This document shows positions 1-7,900 of a stretch of 16,404 nucleotides of DNA, in pieces. The DNA lies in NCBI GenBank assembly GCA_013166835.1, contig JABLTI010000092.1:1-16404 (forward strand), given 5' to 3'. The translations under genes were made by a program, and so were the position numbers. The DNA comes from Promethearchaeati archaeon. GTDB lineage: Archaea; Asgardarchaeota; Heimdallarchaeia; JABLTI01. Position 1 is the stretch's first letter; every line of letters starts with the position of its first letter. The notes beneath the pieces are model-generated. The model saw only the letters and a program-made list of their open reading frames with translations. It did not search any database and was not told the origin of the DNA.

Positions 1-895
1 TTTGAGCTCCAGTAACATTATAATGTCCTCTTAGTGGCATAACATAGAATTTTGTATAACTATTTAGATCTCTCACGAGACTTAATGCTGCATCTACATT
101 TCTGTGTTTACCTTTTGTGGATGCTAAACCCAAACCAAAAAAGAGCACTCCATGTTTTGCATTCTTCATAATTTCAGCTAATTCCTTTATTTTCTCAACG
201 GGAATTCCTGAAATGTTTTCATCCTTTATTTCTCTCCCTCTGACTATTGCTCTTAAAGCACTAATGAATTCAAAATCACCATCAGGTTCGATTTGTAAGA
301 AGAGATTCGCTAATTTTGCGGTTTCTGTCTTCCTAATATCTATTACTACAACAGTTCTCTCTTGGAATCCTTTCTCCCGGAAAAAACCTCGAGGGAAAGT
401 TGTGTATCTACTCATATGTCTTGGGTGAGCTTCCATAGGATTACAACCGAGATATACAATAAGATCTGATCTATTACGAACTTCACCTAGCGTACATCCT
501 GCAAGACCAATTTCCTGTATAGCTAAAACTGAAGGACCATGACAGACTGAAGGACAATGATCCCAAATAGCCCCAACCTCTTCAGCCAGTTTAATGCTTT
601 CTCTATGAGTGTTGGCATCAGTTGATCCAAAGCCATAAAAAATTGGATATTCAGCTTTTATCAGAATTTTCGCCGCTTGTTCCGCTGCTTTCTCATAACT
701 TGTTTCTATTAGTTGATTTTCTTTCCTAATAATTGGTTTTAGCATTCTCTTTGCTCTTTTACGCCCCTTAACCTTTGCAGCCCCTAACTGACAAGCATTT
801 CTAACTTCCAAGATTTCATTGTTCTCTATAACAACCTCGAGATCATCACATAAACTCCCGCAAAAAGGGCAGACGACATCACTAATAATTTTCAT
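1..895 (-). CDS. fwdB: Formylmethanofuran dehydrogenase subunit B (Mo/W-bisPGD catalytic subunit), 3' end runs off the window
   Basis: Not in the ORF track; translated manually from ATG at 895: MKIISDVVCPFCGSLCDDLEV...NACQLGAAK...YGFGST...DHCPSVCHGPS...CTLGEVRNRSDLIVYLGCNPMEAHPRHMSRY...GLGL...MPLRGHYNVTGA. These are FwdB/FmdB signatures, including the CxxCxxxC Fe-S motif and VCHGP ligand. GAGGT RBS overlaps the fwdD stop. W versus Mo isoenzyme cannot be resolved. Confidence 0.95.
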   Translation of the reverse strand, partial: MKIISDVVCPFCGSLCDDLEVVIENNEILEVRNACQLGAAKVKGRKRAKRMLKPIIRKENQLIETSYEKAAEQAAKILIKAEYPIFYGFGSTDANTHRESIKLAEEVGAIWDHCPSVCHGPSVLAIQEIGLAGCTLGEVRNRSDLIVYLGCNPMEAHPRHMSRYTTFPRGFFREKGFQERTVVVIDIRKTETAKLANLFLQIEPDGDFEFISALRAIVRGREIKDENISGIPVEKIKELAEIMKNAKHGVLFFGLGLASTKGKHRNVDAALSLVRDLNSYTKFYVMPLRGHYNVTGAQ

Positions 896-904
896 GTAAT
901 AACC

Positions 905-1324
905 TCATTTCTCTTTATTCTTTTCAACAAGTAGCTTTGCAAGCAAGTCTTCTACTTTTGGAACTGATTTTTTTGTTTTTCTAATAGTAGCTTTCACCCC
1001 TTTAAAACGTGGAACTCCTATTCCTGCTTTTCCGGGAGGAATTATCCAATTTGCATAGATTCCTAAAGGGATGAATATTATTCCTTTATGTGGGGCATCT
1101 TTTGATTCCTTTGCTTGCACAACAATTTTCCCTACTGATGTTTTAACTTCAATGTTTTGCTTCGCAACAATTCGTAATTTATCCATATCGTGAGGATCCA
1201 TAAAACAAACGCCAGTAGCTTCTCTTGCTTCCTCTGAAATTTTGATGCCAGCTAAAGTAATACCTTGTTCAATTGTTCGTCCAGTAGTTAGGATAACTTC
1301 GAGAACATCAATAGGTTCAGACAT
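905..1324 (-). CDS. fwdD: Formylmethanofuran dehydrogenase subunit D (molybdopterin dinucleotide-binding domain)
   Basis: 139 aa with LTTGRTIEQG, CFMDPHDM, GIIFIPLGIYANWII and GVPRFKG motifs typical of FwdD/FmdD; lies 9 bp upstream of fwdB, the usual D-B order. Confidence 0.93.
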   Translation of the reverse strand: MSEPIDVLEVILTTGRTIEQGITLAGIKISEEAREATGVCFMDPHDMDKLRIVAKQNIEVKTSVGKIVVQAKESKDAPHKGIIFIPLGIYANWIIPPGKAGIGVPRFKGVKATIRKTKKSVPKVEDLLAKLLVEKNKEK

Positions 1325-1344
1325 GGTCTATCTTCGTTAACGAG

Positions 1345-1355
1345 CTCTTAAAGAG
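1345..1355 (-). promoter_or_regulatory. Candidate TATA box for a leaderless fwdD transcript
   Basis: Minus-strand TTTAAG (1352-1347) about 26 nt upstream of the fwdD ATG; no clear RBS in between. Confidence 0.4.
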
Positions 1356-1520
1356 GTTACGTTAGTTTGATTTTGTTGCGAGTCCGCCCAACTCCAGAGT
1401 GGAGGAACTTTCGTTTGACTTTTGGCTGTGTGTCGCAAAAAACTTCTCTCGAAATTCCTTCAAGAGTCGTTGCCTGACCACAAGGCGTTTCAGTGATAGT
1501 GCTAGTAGTGCAAGAAGCCT
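1345..1520 (-). ncRNA. Putative omega/re-RNA overlapping the tnpB 3' end (boundaries approximate)
   Basis: The segment after RuvC-III is GC-richer, with nested stems TTGCGA/TCGCAA (1376-1381/1433-1438) and CTCCA/TGGAG (1392-1396/1400-1404). TnpB guide RNAs are known to derive from this position. Confidence 0.5.
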
Positions 1521-2834
1521 TTGCATGATATTTACTGTTCCACTTACATCTCGATTTATAACTAACCCACAATCACAATTGATAGTTCGTTCTGAGAGTT
1601 TACGATTCTTCTTTTGCATGCAGTAACAGCATCTTTTAGTTGTTCCTCGTTCACTGATCCTTATTACTTTTTTACCTGCTTTTTCTGCTTTGTAGGTTAA
1701 GAATCCAGCGAAGCGACCAATTGACCCACTGCTTTGCATGTTTCGATGACGGCTTTTATCGTTCTTCTTATCGTTCTTTTTGCTCTCACTCATTGCCTTA
1801 ACATTCAAGTCGCCAATGATGATAGTGTTTGCTTTGGTGTTCTCGACGATTTTCTTGCTTACTTTGTGTTGAAAATCTTTTCTTTGGTTTGCTTGTTTCC
1901 TGATCATCTTCCACATTTTGTCATTGTACCTGTGCCAGCGATTTGAATATTTTTTGCAGTGATCTCTTTTGCTTTGTATTTCCTCTATTTTTGGTTGCCA
2001 GTATTTTTCCACTCGCTTGTTTTTGACGGTTATCGTTTTTCCTTCATGACTGTTCACCGCGGCAACAATGTTCATGAGTCCGAGGTCAATTGTTTGGTAG
2101 ATACCATTATCGAAATATTCCGGTGTGTTTTCCTCGTAAATGATCGATAAGTAGAACTCTTTTGTTTTGTGTACTTGGTAAATGGTTACCTGCTTCACTT
2201 TTTTATTTTCAAAAGTTAGTTTTCCCTGCATCTCAAAAGTTAAATCTACTTTTTCTGCTTTTTTAGCAGGATAAAAATGAGTGAAGGTTATCTTATTCCC
2301 TGCAATTTTGAATCCTTTTTGATTGTAATGCATGGTAGTAAAATAATGCTTTCCTTTGAATCCCGGTGGTCGTGCATTTTTATCACCATTTTTCCTTAGA
2401 GCATGAAACGATTTGTAATCAGCTTCTAATTGTCGTAAAGTATCCTGTAATGTTTTAGAGTAATTTTGTTTATATCGAGGGTATTGCTCTTTTAGTTTTG
2501 GTAATTGTTTGGATTGTTTATTATAGCTAGGTTTGTTTTCTTTATCTCTCTTCTTCTTTGGCAAGTGTTGGTTTTTGCTCCACCATTCTTTTCGTTCCTT
2601 GTTAGCAAAGTAATGGATCAATCGACAGTTTTCTGATAATACCCAGAGCACTTGCTTTTGTTCTTCAGTCGGTGTGATCTTTACTTTATTGGTTAATTGG
2701 AGAGGTTTCTTCTTTACGGAAGGTTTTGTTATTTGCTTAATTTTTAACAGTGCTTTCTCTAGTTCATTCTTTGGTAAATCAGCTATTAATGTTTGGTAAA
2801 CTTTCTTTGCTTGTCTGTGTTCTTTTGAGAGCAT
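1362..2834 (-). CDS. tnpB: TnpB-family RNA-guided endonuclease (IS200/IS605 family, solo IS1341-like)
   Basis: 490 aa: N-terminal KVKITPTEEQ...LSENCRLIHYFA, PPGFKGK, RuvC-I IDLGLMN, DFQHKVSKKIV, RuvC-II region IIIGDLNVKAM, Zn finger TTKRCCYC...CDCG, RuvC-III NRDVSGTVNI. No tnpA adjacent. Confidence 0.93.
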   Translation of the reverse strand: MLSKEHRQAKKVYQTLIADLPKNELEKALLKIKQITKPSVKKKPLQLTNKVKITPTEEQKQVLWVLSENCRLIHYFANKERKEWWSKNQHLPKKKRDKENKPSYNKQSKQLPKLKEQYPRYKQNYSKTLQDTLRQLEADYKSFHALRKNGDKNARPPGFKGKHYFTTMHYNQKGFKIAGNKITFTHFYPAKKAEKVDLTFEMQGKLTFENKKVKQVTIYQVHKTKEFYLSIIYEENTPEYFDNGIYQTIDLGLMNIVAAVNSHEGKTITVKNKRVEKYWQPKIEEIQSKRDHCKKYSNRWHRYNDKMWKMIRKQANQRKDFQHKVSKKIVENTKANTIIIGDLNVKAMSESKKNDKKNDKSRHRNMQSSGSIGRFAGFLTYKAEKAGKKVIRISERGTTKRCCYCMQKKNRKLSERTINCDCGLVINRDVSGTVNIMQRLLALLALSLKRLVVRQRLLKEFREKFFATHSQKSNESSSTLELGGLATKSN

Positions 2835-2856
2835 TGTTCTTCAGTAAAGCATATAT

Positions 2857-2875
2857 TTAGCTAACTATATAGCTA
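2857..2875. promoter_or_regulatory. Palindromic operator-like site 1 (TAGCT-N8-AGCTA) over the tnpB promoter region
   Basis: TAGCT(2858-2862) aactatat AGCTA(2871-2875), 24-41 nt upstream of the tnpB ATG. Confidence 0.45.
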
Positions 2876-2931
2876 TTTTCCACAGAGTTCATTGAAAGTA
2901 ATAATTGTTTACTTAAAAGAATAGTGGAATA

Positions 2932-2953
2932 ATTAGCTTCCCGTACAGCTAAT
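2932..2953. promoter_or_regulatory. Palindromic operator-like site 2 (ATTAGCT-N8-AGCTAAT) upstream of the LAGLIDADG-HTH gene
   Basis: Perfect 7-bp arms with an 8-nt spacer, same core and spacing as site 1. Followed by TATTTAAG (2962-2969) and a GGAG RBS (2994-2997). Confidence 0.5.
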
Positions 2954-3004
2954 CTAAGAGGTATTTAAGAAGGCAAATAGAGATTAACTGATAGGAGAAT
3001 CACT

Positions 3005-4630
3005 ATGCTAGAGTTTCTCAATTGGCGAAATGATCCTTTATTAGTTGATTCTGATCCATTAAAACAAAACACTTGGCTAACAACTAATGATTTATTGGAG
3101 TTAAGCAAAAATGATTCCTTCTTAACATCAACAGGACAAATGCTTCTTTATCCGATTATGATCCGAAAAATAGATTTTCAAACTGGGGAACGCATCTTAC
3201 AATCATTTCCATATATTCTCTTGGGTAATGAATGGACTTCTTCAATTCGAAAACAATCTCTTGCTTTAGCTGAAAAAACGCATCATTATTTTCAGAAATC
3301 AAATTACAATAGAACAATTCTTGAATGGCAGAAAAAAATCATCAGTTACATGGAAGAACAACAACGGCTCCCCTTTCCTATTTTTCGATTAGTTCCATCT
3401 TGGAAAAAGTTTTTTCAAAACAAACAATTCGTTCAATTCCAATCTGCTCGAGGTGAAGATTTTCAGTTACCATTATATCTCACAGAAGAGCTTGCCTACC
3501 TTACAGGTGTTATTATGGGGGATGGGCATCTTGCAGAGTATTTTGTAAACATTATTGATTCATCAAAAAAACACATAGAAAATCTAAGACAAAAGTTAAT
3601 CACTTCATTTAATTCCAAAACCGAACTTTTCAAGCAATCAAACGCAAATGCTTGGAATGTTAACATTCTCGGTAAATGGATTGTTCGGTTTTTTAATTTC
3701 TTATCTGGGCAACCAATAAATGCTAGAAAATATCCCACATTACAAGAACCACTCATTTTTCAAGGAAATGATCTTTTCCGGAGGAGCTTTTGGCGCGGTT
3801 TGATGGATGCAGATGGCAGTTATAAAAGTATTATAGGATTTGGTACAGCCTCGCAAAAATTACGAAATGACTTTTCCCAGTTCTTGAAACATCAAGACAT
3901 ACAATATCGATTCTATGAGCAGTCTGTTTTTGGGGGAATTACATACAGTTTAACAATAGCAGGTGAATCTAGAAAACAATTTGCTTCTTTAATTAGTTCA
4001 AGTCATCCACAAAAACTACAAGAATTACAATTACTATTGCAAAAAAGAGTGATTCCTTTTTCACCACGAACTTCTACTTTGCGAAAACAAGGAGTATGGA
4101 AAGGACAAGTGATAAAGGTTAATAAAACAAAACTATCAAATGGATATTTCAACTTTGGATTGTTATCTAATTTTAGTATATCAGGATTTGGGTCGATTAT
4201 TCGTTCTCTTCGAAAAGAGAATTATCATACTCAACAACAAACTGCCAAAGAAGTAAATATATCTAGATCAATGTTATCAAATTATGAATTAGAGCGCACA
4301 ACACTACCAATTGAAGACTTGATGAATATGCTTTCTCTTTATTCGAAACCATTTGTCATTTTCCTTGAAGAAAAATCAAAGCTACACATCCATTCTCGGA
4401 GTTCACATTGTTTACTAGATGCACAACCTAATTGGAAATTATTGAATTTGCTTCGAGGAGTGCAAGTTAAAGACAAAGGTTGCTTAATGCTTCATGGTAT
4501 GAAAGATGAAGATATTGAAGAATATAGACAAGAAATTGCTAATCATTTTGGAATTGAGGTTAAAAATACAAGAGTCAATAATGAAGTACTCAATAGGTTT
4601 CTTCGAGAATTCTTTATCTTAAAGAATTAA
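3005..4630 (+). CDS. Free-standing LAGLIDADG (DOD)-family protein with C-terminal XRE-type helix-turn-helix
   Basis: Two LAGLIDADG helices, LAYLTGVIMGDG (~3491-3526) and FWRGLMDADG (~3788-3817). XRE HTH IRSLRKENYHTQQQTAKEVNISRSMLSNYE (~4199-4290). GGAG RBS. No intein splicing motifs recognised. Confidence 0.85.
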   Translation: MLEFLNWRNDPLLVDSDPLKQNTWLTTNDLLELSKNDSFLTSTGQMLLYPIMIRKIDFQTGERILQSFPYILLGNEWTSSIRKQSLALAEKTHHYFQKSNYNRTILEWQKKIISYMEEQQRLPFPIFRLVPSWKKFFQNKQFVQFQSARGEDFQLPLYLTEELAYLTGVIMGDGHLAEYFVNIIDSSKKHIENLRQKLITSFNSKTELFKQSNANAWNVNILGKWIVRFFNFLSGQPINARKYPTLQEPLIFQGNDLFRRSFWRGLMDADGSYKSIIGFGTASQKLRNDFSQFLKHQDIQYRFYEQSVFGGITYSLTIAGESRKQFASLISSSHPQKLQELQLLLQKRVIPFSPRTSTLRKQGVWKGQVIKVNKTKLSNGYFNFGLLSNFSISGFGSIIRSLRKENYHTQQQTAKEVNISRSMLSNYELERTTLPIEDLMNMLSLYSKPFVIFLEEKSKLHIHSRSSHCLLDAQPNWKLLNLLRGVQVKDKGCLMLHGMKDEDIEEYRQEIANHFGIEVKNTRVNNEVLNRFLREFFILKN

Positions 4631-4818
4631 TATTGTTAATTTTAATAAAATGAAGAGCAAAAGCTCACGCTTTGGAGCGTGCTCATATATACGCAACTCA
4701 TCCCTTTCAGCGATTCATCACGCATCAGTGCGAAGGTTTTTTGAGAGATTTTTCTCTGATTTTTTGCAGAGAATTTATTATAACCTATAATCAAAAAGGA
4801 ACGTCTTTTTTCCTGCTG

Positions 4819-4918
4819 TTTATATACTTTTGTCGAGGAAATTTGTCCTTTATAAAGAAAATTCTTCGAGTAAGTATTAAGGCAAAGAATAGAGTCGATA
4901 AGATTTTTTCCCTGGTGA
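4819..4918 (+). promoter_or_regulatory. Candidate TATA boxes and RBS for the giant Cas1 gene
   Basis: TTTATATA at 4819-4826, TTTATAAA at 4849-4856, and GGTGA at 4914-4918, six nt before ATG 4925. Confidence 0.45.
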
Positions 4919-4924
4919 AATTTG

Positions 4925-7900
4925 ATGAGTTCTATCGTTTATCCTAAAAAACGCATGCCAATAAGTGTTTCACTCGGAATTACCACCAAATTAGCCGCAA
5001 CTGAGAATATTAATGATGATATGTTTTGTGCTTTTCCATTCGAAAAACAAGAAGCAATACTATTCAACACAAATTCAATGGCATTTATTTGTCAGGATCA
5101 CAGTTATAGGAAGTCGATGCAAGATGAGCTCCTTGTTTTCCTTGCTACTCGTCGTGCTTATGGATTGAAGAATCATACGAAATTACCTGTCATGATTGTT
5201 GTTAAAAGTCAAAAAGTAGGCAAACAAGTTGCTGCTGAACTAGCCAGGCATACCACTGATTATAAACTCTTCAATATGATTTTTACATTAAAAGATAAAA
5301 TAAACAAAGATTTGTTGGTCAAAGTCTCTAAAAAAGCTGACTTTATTCTCTTAACTTATACCCAACTTCGGGATGTAGTTTATAAGAAAGCCTGCCCGGC
5401 TATTGAACAAATCGTTTATGTTAATCCACTAACAAAATATAACAGTCATCGAGAAGCAATTACCTTAGACGACATTAAAGATGGCCTACACAAGCACAAG
5501 TGTCGAAAAGTTAAATTCACTTATATTATTGATGCAAAGTCATTTCTTGTATTGGAAAGAAAGGATTATCTACACATATTAGGGGCAGATGATTGTCTTT
5601 TCTTTGGTTGCGGTGAGAAACCTTTGAATCTTTTAAGTAATGAATCTGAATCCGTTCTGCCACATCTTTCTGAAGAGCATTTTCAGTTTTTCGTTTTACG
5701 TGAATTATTCCGAAAGAGAGGCAATCTTACAGAATTAGTTGAGCGATTCAAAAAAACAATTACCTGTAAACTACATTTGTATAGTTACAATCTTACACCT
5801 CAAAACTTGAAGAAAGATGAAGAGGGCATCTTATCATGTAAAATGATAGAGCGAAAAGCTGAAATCGATAAGAAAATCAAAGGCAAAATAAATAAAACAC
5901 TTCTTCTTTTCAAGAAAAAAACCATGAAAACAATAATTGGGAAAGAAACATATGATCTTGAGCAGAATAAGGTGAATTTTTCTTGGGAGGAACCTATTGA
6001 AACAGCACCTTTCCTTCCTTTAATTGAAAAAAAGAAGGACAAATACTATTATCTTACAAGATTAGGTGAAGCGGTTTTAATTGCTTCATCAATCTATGCT
6101 GGGGTAGAAGTTAGCTTTTCATCTTTTTTGAATCGCATGTCAAACACCCTTTTCAAGAAAAAACGAACTTCACCGAAGCTCTCTATTGAAGAGATATTAG
6201 AGCTTTATAGTATGCTTATTGGATGTGATCCTGTTGACCTTTCACCCACAATCAAAGAATGCTTGACAACAGATGGAGAACAATCTGTAGATGAACTATC
6301 TACCCTAATTAATGAATTCATTGTTCGAGAATTTGGATACATAATGAATGATTACTCAAACCATGCTGCATTAACTCTTCTAGAAGCATTTGAAGAATTT
6401 ATGGATGAAAATGCATTATACTTTATCAAACGATTAAAACATCTCAAGAGTAAAAAGAAGAAAGCAAGAGAAGTTAATCTTCCTGATGCAATTCTCAAGG
6501 CAGTGAAATATAAACCGTTAATGATAGGAGAAGTGAGTCAGAAAGTCAAGGAAGATTACAAGAAAACAGGTAAAGAGCTAAAGAAATTAGAAAAGAAAGG
6601 ACATGTAAAGTCAATTAAAGTAATTCAAAATGATCGTAGTACTCGTTTGAAATATTGCCAGCCAGGAGTATTAGCTAAATTCCCTTATCTAAAGAAGACT
6701 TGTGGTATGTGTGTTTTATACAGAAAACGATTTAAAAAATGTCCATTACTAGAATTGTTGGCAATTTTTGATCAAACAGCTTTCCCAACGGATTATCTTA
6801 ATTATATCTTCAATTACATTAAAGAAAATGCAACTTCATGTGAAAATATCGTTGAATATTCCGATTTAGTGGTTGAGGGAGAAAAAATCAGATACACCGT
6901 TTCTAGAGAAAAACTTGAACGAGAGATGGGAATTATCGAAGGATCTTTTATTATTGGACAAGAGGTTCAAACAAAATATAAGTGCATAAATTGCAAAACT
7001 ATAATAGAAGAATTCGGAACAGGAGGAGAACTCTTCTTTCCGCGAAGACGAATTCTTTGCCCAAATTGCGCAACAGGTTACTATAAAAAAAGCGAACAAC
7101 TCATTTTGATACAAACGGAGTACAGAAATGTTCTTCGAAGTATTTATTACAAACTAACAGGTTCAGTTCCAAAAATTCTACAAGAATTAAAACCATCTTA
7201 TGCTTATGTAATCTATGATTATGAATATGCAAACGTAGATATGCTAAAAAATCAGACACTAGTACTCGAAATATGTAATCATAAAGTACCGCTTGAAAAA
7301 GTTAAGAATATTTATTTCATGGGGGAACAACATGTTGAGCTTGAAGAATTCCTTACCAATCTTGCAAAGGAAAGATCCGAAAAATACTTCTTTACTGTCA
7401 ATAGATCTCAACAAAAAGAGCAAGAGCAAAATGAAATAATAGAAGCTTGTGAACCATTCTCTCAAGAACAATATCAGTTGCTTCTTAAATTAATTGCATA
7501 CATATCTGATAAAGAGATTTTAAACAATGCAATTCTTAAATCAAGGAATTTATCGAATATTGGGGGTTTGCTTGAGTATCAAAGATTTGCACAAGAAAAA
7601 AACCAACGTTCATCTAAGATAAACAAACAATTGTATGAAATGACTGATCTCTTCATGATTGTTCAAACAGGTGTAAAATCAAGTTATTATGGTCGGCAAT
7701 TAGAAGGACTTAATCAAGATTGCTTTTTTGATTTAATAAAAGAAGAAGGAAGAAAAGTTGGTCTGTGGACACACGGCAGAGTTGTTTCACGATTAGTGAA
7801 AGACTTGTTCCTATCATCTACAATTAAAACTAGTAATGCTCGAGCACCATTAGATGCACTAATAAACCAAATTCTACGACAATTTCGATTTGTTGTTAAC

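Noticed and set aside
530-560. Selenocysteine in FwdB
   Set aside because: The ligand codon is TGT (Cys) and the frame has no in-frame TGA there.
3005-4630. Intein or intron-encoded endonuclease
   Set aside because: No N-terminal Cys/Ser Hint block and no His-Asn followed by an extein; the ORF simply ends LKN-stop, and there is no flanking split host gene.
4650-4740. tRNA or hammerhead ribozyme
   Set aside because: No cloverleaf or T-loop GTTCRA, and no CUGAUGA-stem-GAAA core in the right arrangement.
4672-4947. 91-aa ORF upstream of cas1, as a possible cas2
   Set aside because: TTG start, no Cas2-like YDI/ferredoxin pattern, and it overlaps the hairpin and promoter region; probably spurious.
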